From an uncultured Verrucomicrobiales bacterium (lineage in GTDB: Bacteria > Verrucomicrobiota > Verrucomicrobiia > Limisphaerales > Palsa-1400): a stretch of 41,095 bases of DNA. Shown here in pieces: positions 18,338 to 29,900 of the stretch. Under the pieces are notes generated by a model, which was given only the letters and a program-made list of their open reading frames with translations, was not told the origin of the DNA and ran no database searches. The translations under genes were made by a program, and so were the position numbers. The DNA lies in the NCBI GenBank assembly GCA_903927905.1, contig CAIYOY010000020.1, positions 1 through 41,095 on the forward strand. Direction: 5' to 3'. How positions within the stretch are numbered: position 1 is the first letter of the stretch; each line of letters opens with the position of its first letter.

Positions 18338-19077
18338 TCATTCGCTTTTCGCTGCTGCTGCTGATCGCCACCTTTTCACTTCGGGCCGACGACTCGTCCG
18401 AGGTCGGGCAGACCATGGCCGAACAAATGCGCGCCGGACAGCCCAGCAAAGAGTCAATCGTCTATGGAACGCTGCAAATCCGCGCCGGCAAGATCAAGAC
18501 GGACATCCCGGCGATCTGCCAGGTCAAGGTAAGTCAAACAAATTGGGAAACGATTTACGAAACCGGTTCGATCAATGAAACACCGGCGGAACGGCTGGTC
18601 ATCATCCATCAGCTCAATCAGCCCAACCAATATCTTTACGCCCAGGCCCCCGCGCCGAACGCCCCGTTGCCGGAGCCGAAGCCCATTTCCGCCGCGCAGG
18701 CGGCGCACCCGCTGGCCGGTTCGGATTTTTGGCTGTCGGATCTCGCGTTGGAATTTCTGCACTGGCCCGGGCAGCGCAAATTAAAAGACGGCAAGGCCAT
18801 GGGCCAAGAGTGTTACCTTTTGGAAAGCAGCAATACCAACCGGGTGGAGATGGATCGGGTCGTTTCCTGGATAGACAAAGAAAGTTTTGACCAGGGAAGC
18901 GGCGGATTGCTTCGGGCCGAGGGGTATCAAGGCACCAATCTGGTCAAAGAATTTTCCCTGAGTGGCAGCAGCTTCGTGAAGGTCAATGGAGAGTATAAGC
19001 TGGAAAAAATGAAGATCACTTCCCCGCTCAAAAAATCCCAGACCACGCTGAAATTCGATCTGTCGCCCAACAAGTGA
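18334..19077 (+). CDS. Secreted hypothetical protein, possibly an outer-membrane-lipoprotein-sorting (LolA-like) fold. Translationally coupled to lon by an ATGA overlap.
   Basis: The internal Met at 18334 starts the signal peptide MIIRFSLLLLIATFSLRA. The beta-rich body (GSDFWLSDLALEF..., EYKLEKMKITSP) is loosely LolA-like. Confidence 0.5.
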   Translation: MIIRFSLLLLIATFSLRADDSSEVGQTMAEQMRAGQPSKESIVYGTLQIRAGKIKTDIPAICQVKVSQTNWETIYETGSINETPAERLVIIHQLNQPNQYLYAQAPAPNAPLPEPKPISAAQAAHPLAGSDFWLSDLALEFLHWPGQRKLKDGKAMGQECYLLESSNTNRVEMDRVVSWIDKESFDQGSGGLLRAEGYQGTNLVKEFSLSGSSFVKVNGEYKLEKMKITSPLKKSQTTLKFDLSPNK

Positions 19078-19087
19078 CCGGGCCGCC

Positions 19088-19762
19088 TTAACGCCCAGCC
19101 ATCGCCCCCGTTAAAAACATATCCGGCTGCCGGGGTGGTTCGAGACATTCCGGGCCTTCATTTCCTGTTTTATTGACAAAATCACCGACCGCATAAGCCT
19201 CCCATTCCACAAATGGATCGCGCCATGCCTCGTCAAAATTCTCCGCCGCCGGATTCAGCCACTGCTCCATATATTTCTCCTGCACCAGCACCGGCATCCG
19301 TTTATGAACGCGCGCCACGGCGGGGGCGGCGGCGGTCGTCAGAATGGTGTAACACGGGACGGCCCGGCCATTGTAATCAAGTGAATTTTCCCAAATGCCG
19401 GCCAGACAAAAGGGGGCGCGATCCTCGCGGACAAACCGCATGGCCTGCCGCCCGCTGGTCCATTCATAAAATCCATCCGCCGGAATCAAGCAGCGCCGCT
19501 GCCGGACCGATTCTTTAAACGCCGGTTTGTCCGCCACCGTTTCCGATTGCAGATTGATCAACGGCGCCTTGCTCCAGGACGGTTGCAGCCCCCACCGCAT
19601 TTGCCGGACCGAGATATTGCCGCTTTCCTGCAAAATAACCGGAGCCAACTGAGTGGGCGCGATGTTGTAACGTTCAAAGGTCAGAAGAGTCAGGATCATT
19701 TCGGCGACCTCTTGCAAGGCCAGCCGCATCTCCTTCTTGGTCAATGAATATCGTCCGCACAT
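19088..19762 (-). CDS. SOS-response-associated peptidase (SRAP / YedK / DUF159), abasic-site DNA-protein crosslink protein
   Basis: Begins MCGRYSL with the catalytic Cys at position 2, which is diagnostic for the family. Length ~224 aa. Confidence 0.85.
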   Translation of the reverse strand: MCGRYSLTKKEMRLALQEVAEMILTLLTFERYNIAPTQLAPVILQESGNISVRQMRWGLQPSWSKAPLINLQSETVADKPAFKESVRQRRCLIPADGFYEWTSGRQAMRFVREDRAPFCLAGIWENSLDYNGRAVPCYTILTTAAAPAVARVHKRMPVLVQEKYMEQWLNPAAENFDEAWRDPFVEWEAYAVGDFVNKTGNEGPECLEPPRQPDMFLTGAMAGR

Positions 19763-19769
19763 TCCCATT

Positions 19770-20074
19770 GATTATGCCAAGAAAAAGCGTCTCGCCAACC
19801 ATTTCCACTTGTGGGGAGCCGCAAAAGCATGGATTTGGAGCATTTTATCAATTTATGCCCATAAAATGGCAATTTTTATCTAACACCTATGGTATGGTTG
19901 GTGCTATAAGAGACAGTAACTTTACTGCAAAAAAATAAGAAAATGTTTTAAAAGAACAATTTAACACCCAAGAGTTACTTGGTTGTATATATAAGTTGTT
20001 CATTATGATATATTTATATTATTAAAGCAGCCTTCGCTTTGTTGCTTGGGCGCACTCATTTTCACCCATACCAA
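19770..20074 (+). promoter_or_regulatory. AT-rich (~35-40% GC) upstream/leader region of the giant gene; probable promoter region
   Basis: Sharp GC drop relative to the flanking genes, with runs such as tatatataagttgttcattatgatatatttatattattaaag immediately 5' of the giant ORF. Confidence 0.3.
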
Positions 20075-20923
20075 ATGCCCAAAATTCATAAATATTTAAA
20101 AATAGTGTCAAAACTCGCTTTTTGTTGCCTGTTTCTCATGGCTGCGAAGGTAGATGCGCAAACTTCCTGGAAAGGCACCGTTAGCACCGCTTGGGCCAAC
20201 ACCACCAATTGGACGGCGGGGATTCCGACGGCGACGCTGGATGTGATCATTGGGGACGCCAATTTTACCGGCACCAACCAGCCGTCCATCACGGCCACGG
20301 CGGTGGCCAAATCATTGACGATTGGAACTGGGACAACGAATTGTGTGTTGTCCATGTCCAAGGGATTGACGGTTTCCGGGAATGTCACGATTGGAACGAA
20401 CGGCACGATTCTGCACAGCGGCACCACTTCTTTGACGATCAGCACCACGGGCAATTGGAGCAACTCGGGCACCTACACCAACAGCGGCACGGGCGCGGTG
20501 ATTTTTTCCGGCACGGCCCAAGCTGTTTCCGGCACGGCAGCTTTCAAGAATTTGACGGTCAACAGCACGTGCACTTTGACCTTGAACACGAACATCAGCG
20601 TGTCCACGACCTTTACTTGCACCGGCACACTGAATCCGAATGAATCGCCGACTTATCAAGTCACCGGCGCAGGCAATCTGGTCATGGCCGCGACGACGGT
20701 CTTGCTGGTCAAAGCGAGCACGTTTGCGGGCAATTACGCCTTGACCGGCACCAACGCGCTCAACACCAAATACACCGTCAACTACGCAGCGACGACGGTG
20801 AGCCAGACGATCACGTCCAACCTGGTGTATGGCACGTTGATCGCCAGCGGGGGCACGACCAAGACGCTGCAAGGCAACCTGATTTTCACCAACGCCTCTG
20901 GTGCTGGCAATATCACCGTGTAA
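20075..20923 (+). CDS. N-terminal fragment (signal peptide plus first beta-helix-type repeats) of the giant secreted repeat protein. Ends at a TAA created by a 1-nt frameshift relative to the main ORF.
   Basis: Signal peptide MPKIHKYLKIVSKLAFCCLFLMAAKVDA. It is followed by the same W..G..S..W.N.TNWT / NNLT-type repeats found in the 20901-40955 ORF. Removing one nt at ~20919 gives ...GAGNITVNGVLDLQTFTA..., which matches the internal repeat consensus ...AGNATMNGDLNISAGTLDLGSFTA... Confidence 0.6.
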   Translation: MPKIHKYLKIVSKLAFCCLFLMAAKVDAQTSWKGTVSTAWANTTNWTAGIPTATLDVIIGDANFTGTNQPSITATAVAKSLTIGTGTTNCVLSMSKGLTVSGNVTIGTNGTILHSGTTSLTISTTGNWSNSGTYTNSGTGAVIFSGTAQAVSGTAAFKNLTVNSTCTLTLNTNISVSTTFTCTGTLNPNESPTYQVTGAGNLVMAATTVLLVKASTFAGNYALTGTNALNTKYTVNYAATTVSQTITSNLVYGTLIASGGTTKTLQGNLIFTNASGAGNITV

Positions 20924-20925
20924 TG
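20895..20925 (+). other. Frameshift site (1-nt insertion relative to the repeat consensus; sequence atcaccgtgTaatggtgtg) joining ORFs 20075-20923 and 20901-40955
   Basis: Frame A reads ...GNITV*. Frame B reads ...CNGVLDLQTF. Deleting one nt after gtg gives ITVNGVLDL, continuous with the downstream repeat consensus. Confidence 0.6.
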
Positions 20926-23900
20926 GTGTGCTGGATCTGCAGACTTTCACGGCCACGCGGCCCACTGGCGGGACGGCGGGCGGGACGGTGTCGGTGTTGG
21001 CCGGGGCGACGCTGCGGATCGGCGGGACCAACAGCGAGCCGACTAATTTTAAAACCTACACCTACAATGCGGCCAGCACAGTGGAATATTACGGGGACAA
21101 TCAGTCGGTTTCCAACGCCACTTATGGCAATCTGATTTTCAGCAGCAGCACGGTGTCGGTCAAGACCATGCCCGCTGCGGCGATAACGGTCGCGGGCAAT
21201 TTCACCAGCCAGGTGGGCGTGGGGACGGGGGTGTCGTTTGTGGCGGGGGCGGCCATCACCGTGACGGGGAGTGTGTCCATCGGGGCCGGGACGACCTTTG
21301 ACGGCGGTTCATTTGCGCATTCAGTCACCGGCAATTGGACGAATAACGGGACGTTCACGGGCAATGCCAGCACGGTTTCACTCAAAGGCGCGAGTGCGAC
21401 GATCACCGGCACTGGAACCAATAATTTTGTCAACCTGACGATTGCGACGGGGGCCAATGTCACCGTGGCCACTAACACAAGCTTGACGCTGTCGGGAACA
21501 TTGACGACGACGACGACCGGAACTTTTACCCATACGGCGGGCGGGACGGGGACGGTGACGATGAGCGGCACAGCCAAGGCCATCACGGGCACGGGCATGG
21601 TTTTTAATAATCTGAATCTCCCCGGCACGATCACCACGGCCAATGGCTGGACGGTGGCCGGGAATTTGACCGTGTCCGGTTCGTTGACCGCGAGCGCCGG
21701 AACGATCATCTTGAGCGGGACCGGCGCAACGTTCACCGGCGGTGGCGTGACATCTTTCAAGAATTTGACCGTCAGCGGAACGGTCACGGCCACCAACAGC
21801 TTTACCATCGCCGGAGCAGCTCTCAACATCAGCGGCGCTCTCACGGCCACGGCGGGCACGGCCACCTTTACGGGAACTTCGACCAATTCCGGCACGGCGA
21901 ATCTGTTCAATGTGACCATCAATGGCACCAAGTTGCTGATGAGCGCGAATTCCACGCTGGGCATAGCGGGAACGGAGACCTTGACCGCAGGCACGCTGGA
22001 CACGGCCACGGCCACGCCGAATACAGTCAATTATAATTCGACCGGCGCACAAACGGTGCTGGCGGGCGCTTATTATCATTTGACCGTGTCCAACGGCGGA
22101 ACCAAGACGGCAGGCGGGGCGGTGACGAACAACGGGGATTTCACGATCGGGACGGGCACCACCTATAATGCCAGTTCGTTCACCAATCAATTGAGCGGCA
22201 ACTGGATCAATAACGGGAGTTACAGCGCCGGGACAGGCACGGTGCAGTTGCTCGGCAGCGCGGATGTGGCCATCACCGGCGCGACCACCTTCAATATCCT
22301 GACCGAAAACAAAGCCACCGCCAACAACGTCGTCACGCTGAACAACAACGTAAGCGTGGGGACGTTGAACATGACGCTCGGCCAGATGCAGACCGGCCCG
22401 AATACGCTGACCATCACCTCCACCAGGACGGGTGGCGGAACCATCCTGGGAACCATCACGCGGGCTCATGCCTTTTCTACGGCGACGGCTTATGCCTTTG
22501 AGGGGACGAACAGCACCGTCACTTTCACCACGATCAGCGGTTCGGTTTCCTCGGTGACCATGGCGGTGGGCGTGGGGACGGTGGCGGACTTTCCGTTTGG
22601 CGGGGCGATCAACCGGCAATACACCAACAGCCTGACGGCCAGCGGCGCTTATGTGGCGACGCTGCGGCTGCACTACAATGATTCGGAGTTGAACGGGAAT
22701 GTGGAAACCAACATGCAATTCTGGCGCAACAGCAGCTCCTGGGCTCAATCCGGCAAAACCAGCACCAATAGCACCGACAACTGGATCGAACAAACCAATT
22801 TGACCGACCTCACCGGGCGCTGGACGATGTCGGACGATGCCAATGTCGTGCAATGGAACGGCTCCGTCAGTTCCGCCTGGGAAAATGCCACCAACTGGAC
22901 GGCCATCCAAGGGGTGCCGAGCCGTCCGCCCACTTCGGCCGAGGCGGTGCAAATCGGCACCTCGAATTTTGTCAATCAACCGACGATCAATTCCGCCGCC
23001 TCGGTCAAGAGCATCCAGTTTGGCAGCGCACAGGCGGCGACGCTGACGGTCAATTCCGGTTCCTTGACCACCGCCGGCAACATCAGCGGCGTCTGGACGA
23101 ACACCGTGACGCATGCCATCAATATCGGAGCCACCACCCTGACGGTGGGGGGCAATCTGGCTTTGAGCGATGGGACCACGGGCGACGCGATCAACTTGAA
23201 CGCCAGTTCAGGAACAGTCACCGTCACCGGTTCGGTGACAGAATCGGGCGGAGCCAACCTGGCTTTCACCGGCGCGGGCGCCTTGAATGTGGCCGGTGAT
23301 TTTGTCTATGGCAGCGGGACGTTCACCCCGGGCAGCAGCACGGTGACCTATAATGGGAGCGGCTCGCAGATTGTGGCCGGAGGCATCACCTACAATAATC
23401 TTTCCCTCAACAAAGCGTCGGGCGCGGCGACGCTGGGGAGCACGGCCACGGTTAATGGCAATTTGAACATGGCGACGGGCGGCAGCCTGCTGCTGAATGG
23501 CGCACTGACGGTGGCGAGCAACGTGGTGGTGGGGACGGGAACAACCTTGAACTGCGGCAGCGTGACCCTGTCGGTCGGCGGCAACTGGACGAACAGCGGA
23601 ACGTTCACCGCCGGAACCAGCACGGCGGTTTTGAATGGCACCGGGGCGCAATCCGTTCCGGGGGTCACCTTTAATAACCTGACCATCAACAAAACCTCAG
23701 GCACGGCGACGCTGGCGGGCAATGCCACGATGAATGGTGATCTGAACATCAGCGCCGGGACACTGGATCTGGGCAGCTTCACCGCGAATCGCGGCGCGGC
23801 GGGCGGCACCTTGACGCTGGGCGCGAACACGACCCTGAATGTGGCCGCCTCATTCCCGGCCAATTATTCGACGCACAGCCTGGCGGCGAACAGCCTTGTG

Positions 23901-26900
23901 TTTTATAATGGGGCGGCGGCGCAAACCGTTTCGGCGGAAGCTTACGGCAATTTGTCCCTGGCCAACGGCGGGGCCAGCGCCAAGACGCTGGCGGGAACAG
24001 CCAGCATCGCCGGCGATTTTCTGATCAACAGCGGGGCGACGTTCGACGCCAGCACCTTTGCCCTGACCGCTCAAGGCAACTGGACCAATAACGGGACTTT
24101 CACCCCAACTACCAGCTCGGTCACCCTGGCGGGATCGTCGAAAACAGTCGGCGGCATCAACACCTTTAACAACCTGAGCGTCACCGGCAGTTATACCGCC
24201 ACCACTAACATCACAGTGAATGGGACGATGAATAATTCTGGCACCTGGAGCGCGGGCGCGGCCACCAATACGTTCGCCGGAGATTTTTCCAATTCCGGCA
24301 CCCTGACCAGCAGCGGCACGGTGATCTTCAGCGGGACTGCGGCGCAAAATCTGACGTTCAGTTCCGGCTTCACCAGCACCGGCGCGGTGAATTTTAACGG
24401 CACGACCGCGCCGGTCCTGCAAAACGTCAATGTCAACAATACCGGTGGTCTCGCGCCGAACACGGGTTGGACCATTGGCGGAACTTTTGTCGTGGCCAGC
24501 GGAGTGACGTTCACCGGGGGCGTGAATAGTTATGCGTTTAACGGTTCCTTCACCAATAACGGAACTTTCACCAGCGCCGGGACGGTCACTTTCAATCCCG
24601 CCGCCGCCGTGACCTGCGCCTTGCAGGGCACCGCCTTCACCAGCACCGGCCTGGTGATCTTCGGCGGCAGCGGAGCGATCACCCTTTCCGGTGGCGGGCC
24701 GACGTTTGCCCTGGTGACCATCACGAACAACAACGCGGCCGGGATCACGCCTTCGGCCAACTGGACGACCACCGATGATCTGACCATCGCGGCTGGCGCC
24801 ATCTTTAATGCCGGCACCGGATTGACTCATACCGTCGGCGGAGACTGGGTGAACAACGGCACCTTTAATGCCGGCACTTCCACCATTTCCTTCAACAGCG
24901 CGACCGCCATCGGTGGCAGCGCCACCACCACGTTCAACCATTTGACCATCGCCAGCGGCGGGGCGGTCACCAATACCGTCAATTTCAATATTTCCGGAAA
25001 CTTCACCAACAACGGCACGTTCAACACTTTTAACATCGCCATCACCTTCAACGGCAGTTCGTCCTCGGTCATCACGGGCAGCACCACGCCGACGAGTTTC
25101 GATGACGTGCTCGTCGCCAAAAGCGCGGCCATTGTTACTTTGGGCCTCAATCTTTCCAACACCGGTGACCTGCATATTTCCGGCGGAACGGTGGATTGCA
25201 CCAACTTCACCATCACCACCACCGGAACATGCGCCCTCATCGTGGATGCGGGCGCCACGCTGAAAATTGGCGGCGGCAACACCCTGCCCACCTACACCAC
25301 TTACAGCTTCGATCCGGCGGGGACGGTGGAATATTCCGGCAGCAGCAGCCAGGCCATCGCCGCGCAAAGTTACGGCAATCTGACCAGCAGTTCGACCGGG
25401 GCGCGGGTGTTGCCATCAAGTGGAACGGTCGGCGTGGCCGGAACGTTCACGCCCGGCGCGAACAGTTACACGATCACCGGCAGCACGGTGAATTTCAACG
25501 GTGCCGGATCGCAAACCATTCCGGCTTTCAATTACAACAATTTGACCAGCAGCTCGAGCGGGGCGCGCACCCTGGCTTCGAGCGGGACGATTGGCGTGGC
25601 CAGCGTCTTCACGCCCGGCGCGAACAGCTACACCGTCACGGGCAGCACGGTAAGTTTCAACGGCACGACCCAATCCATCCCCATCTTTACCTATAATAAT
25701 CTGACCGCCAACGACAGCGGCACCGCCACCCTGGCCGGCAACGTCACCGTGGGTGGCGCTCTCTCGATCGCTTCCGGCACTTTAGCCGATGGCGGTTTCG
25801 TGGCTGCGGTCAACGGCAACGTGTCGAATGCCGCCACTTATTCCGGCGCGGGTAAAATTTCTCTGACCGGCGGTTCCGCCAGCCACACGCTCTCGGGCAG
25901 CGGAACTTACAATAATCTGGAATTAAACGATGCCAACGGAGCGGCCTTGAGCCTGACCAATCTGACTGTCAACGGTACGCTGACCCTGACCACCGGAACC
26001 ATCACGACCACCACCAACAAAGTCATCATCCCGACCGCTGGCTCGGTCAGCCGGACCAACGGTTATGTCATCGGCAATTTGCAGAAGGCCGTCGCATCGG
26101 GCGCGGGCGTGGCCCGGACTTTTGAAGTGGGCACGACCAACGGCTACAATCCCGTCAGCGTGACCTTCAGCAACGTGACCGTGGCGGGCAATCTGACGGC
26201 CGCGGCCACTTTCGGCGATCATCCTTCGATCGGTTCGGCCACGATCAATCCGACCAACTCGGCGAATGTCTATTGGACGTTGAGCCAGGACGCGCCGCTG
26301 GCCTTCAACTCGTTCAACGCCGTTTTCAATTTCAACAATCCGGGTGATCTCGATGCCGGCGGCAATCCGGCGGTGTTCAAGGTGGGTAATTTTGTCTCCT
26401 CCGCCTGGAATTATCCGGTGCTCGGCAACCGCACCACCACCAACACGGCGGCCGTGGCGATGGCCAGCCTGGGCGATTTTCAATTGGGCCAAAACATCAT
26501 CACCACGCTGACGGTGACGGTGAACAATACGAACCGGATTTACGGGGCGGCCAATCCGGCGTTTAGCGGGAGCTTCAGCGGATTGCAGAGCGGAGACAAC
26601 ATCACCGCGACCTACACCACCACGGCGACGACGAACAGCACGGTGGGTGGTTACAATATCACCCCGGTGTTCAGTGACCCGGGCAACAAGTTGGGCAATT
26701 ACGCCGTGACGACCAACCTCGGCACTCTGACCATCACGCCCGCCGCTTTGACCGTGACCATCAATAGCACCAACCGTGGCTACGGCGCGACCAATCCGGG
26801 GTTCAGCGGGACGATCACTGGTTTGCTGAACAACGACAACATCACCGCGACCTACACCACGACGGCGACGACCAATAGTGCGGTGGGTGGTTACAGCATC

Positions 26901-29900
26901 ACGCCGGTGTGGAGTGATCCGGGCAGCAAGTTGGGTAATTACGCGGTGACGACAAATCTTGGGACTTTGACCATCACCAAAGTAATCCTGACCGGAACGA
27001 CCGACAACAAATCACGGGCTTACGGCCAGACCAACCCGGTTTTCACGGTGACTTACAGCGGATTCGTCAACGGCGAGAACAGCACGATCGTGACCGGGAC
27101 CTTGAGCAGTTCGACGGCTGCGACCACCAACAGTCCGGTGGGGAATTATGCCGTCACCGTTTTTGGCCAGACCGCGCCCAATTATACCATGAACTATGTG
27201 GCCGGAACCCTGACCGTGACCAGCAGCGCGCTGACGGTGACGGCCAATGGCGCCAGCCGCGGTTACGGCGCGACCAATCCGGCGTTCAGCGGGACGATCA
27301 CTGGTTTGGTGAACAACGACAATATCACCGCCACCTATACGACCACGGCGACGACCAACAGCGCGACGGGCAGTTACAATATCTCACCGGTGTTCAGTGA
27401 CCCGGGCAGCAAGCTGGGCAATTACACGGTGACGACCAACCTCGGCACGTTGACCATCACGAATGCGCCCTTGACCGTCACTGTCAATAACACCATTCGC
27501 GGCTACGGCGCGACCAACCCGGTGTTCACCGGAACGATCACCGGGTTGCAGAACAACGACAACATCACCGCCACCTACGCCACCACGGCGACAACCAACA
27601 GCGCGGTCGGCGGCTACGGCATCACGGTGACTTTGAGCGATCCGGGCAGCAAGCTGGGCAATTACACCGTGACCACCAACCTCGGCACGCTGACCATCAC
27701 CAACGTCGCGCTGACCGTCACAGTCAACAACACCAATCGCGGCTATGGTGCGGCCAATCCAACTTTCACCGGAACGATCACCGGGTTGCAGAACAACGAC
27801 AACATCACCGCCACCTACGCCACCACGGCGGCGACCAACAGCGCGGCGGGCGGCTACGGCATCACGGTGGCCTTGAATGATCCGGGCAGCAAGCTGGGTA
27901 ATTATACGGTGACGACCAACCTCGGCACCTTGACCATCACGAATGTGGCGCTGACGGTCACAGTCAACAATAGCAGTCGTGGTTACGGCGCAACCAATCC
28001 AGTGTTCACCGGCACCATCACCGGGTTGCAAAACAACGACAATATCACTGCCACATATGCCACCGCCGCGACCACGAACAGCGCGGTCGGGGGTTACAAC
28101 ATCACGCCGGGGTTGAGTGATCCCGGCAGCAAACTGGCCAATTACACGGTCACGACCAACCTTGGGACGTTGACCATCACGAACGCGATCCTGACCGGAA
28201 CCGCCGACAATAAATCGCGGGCTTACGGCGCGACCAACCCGGTCTTCACCGCGACCTACACCGGCTTCGTCAACGGCGAAACCAGCGCGATCATCACCGG
28301 AACCTTAAATGGCTCATCCACCGCCACGACCAATAGCTCGGTCGGGAACTACCCCGTCACCGTCTCCGGCCAAAGCGCGCCCAATTACACCATCAACTAT
28401 GTTTCCGGAAACCTGACCATCACCAACGTGGCGCTGACGGTCACAGTCAACAACAGCAGCCGGGGTTACGGCGCAGCCAATCCAACTTTCAGCGGCACCA
28501 TCACCGGGTTGCAGAACAACGACAGCATCACGGCGACCTACACCACCACAGCGACGACGAATAGTGCGGTGGGCGGTTATAGCATCGCGCCGGTGTTGAG
28601 TGATCCGGGCAGCAAGTTGGGCAATTACACCGTGATCACCAATCTCGGCACCTTGACCATCACAAATGCGATCCTGACCGGCACCGCCGATAATAAATCG
28701 CGCAGCTATGGCGCGACCAACCCGGTCTTCACCGCGACTTACACCGGGTTTGTCAACGGCGAAACCAGCGCGATCGTCACCGGAACTTTGACCGGTTCCA
28801 CCACCGCCGCGACCAACAGCGTGCTGGGGACTTATCCCATCACGGTTTCCGGTCAAAGCGCTCCTAATTATACGATCAATTATGTGGCCGGGACGCTGAC
28901 GGTGACCGGCGCAACCCTGACCGTGACGGTCAATAATTCGAGCCGGGGCTACGGCGCAACCAATCCAATTTTCAGCGGCACCATCATTGGGTTGCAAAAC
29001 AACGATAACATCACCGCCGCCTACACCACGGCTGCGACCACGAACAGCGCCGTCGGCAGTTACAGCATCACACCGGTGTTAAGCGATCCGGGCAGCCAAC
29101 TGTCCAATTACATCGTGACCACCAACCTGGGCACCTTGACCATCACCAATGTGTCTTTGACCGTAACGGTGAACAGCGCCAGCCGGGGCTACGGCGCGAC
29201 CAACCCGGTGTTTACCGGCACCATCACCGGGTTGCAAAACAATGACACCATCACCGCCACTTACACCACGACGGCGACAACAAACAGCGCAGTTGGAACC
29301 TACAACATCGCCCCGGTGTTGAGTGATCCGGGCAGCAAGCTTGGGAATTACACCGTGACCACCAACCTCGGCGCCTTGACCATTACTAATGTGTCTTTGA
29401 CCGTGACCGTGAACAGCGCCAGCCGGGGCTATGGCGCGACCAATCCAGTTTTCAGCGGCACCATCACCGGCCTGCAGAACAACGACAACATCACCGCGGC
29501 CTACACCACCACCGCCACCACAAACAGTCCGAACGGCAATTACAACATCACGCCGGTGTTCAATGATCCGGGCAGCAAGCTGGGCGATTACACCGTGACC
29601 ACCAATCTCGGCACTTTGACGATCACGAACGTGGCTCCATTCCTGACTCTCCCGACCAACCAGATCATGGACGAGTTGACCACGCTCAGCGTCAACGCCG
29701 TCGCCACCGATCTTGACCCGAGTCAAACATTTACCTTTGTCCTCCTCGCCGCGCCCACCGGCATGACCATTGATCCGTCGAGCGGGCTGATTTCCTGGAC
29801 CCCGGACGAAACGCAAGGGCCCAGCACCAACACCGTCACGGTCGCAGTGACCGATTCCGGCACGCCGGCTTTGAGTGTGACCAATAGTTTCACCATCGTC

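Noticed and set aside
20039-20074. TTG start at 20039 for the N-terminal fragment of the giant gene
   Set aside because: The ATG at 20075 begins a textbook signal peptide (MPKIHKYLKIVSKLAFCCLFLMAAKVDA). The 12 upstream codons add only hydrophilic residues.
21378-25367. Long antisense ORFs inside the giant gene (21378-23114, 578 aa; 23850-25367, 505 aa; also 31479-32930, 34943-33867 and 35376-37124 on the minus strand)
   Set aside because: They sit opposite a GC-rich, highly repetitive coding frame. Their translations are low-complexity Arg/Gly/Ala-rich strings with no motifs. They are typical stop-codon-poor shadows of the real + strand ORF.
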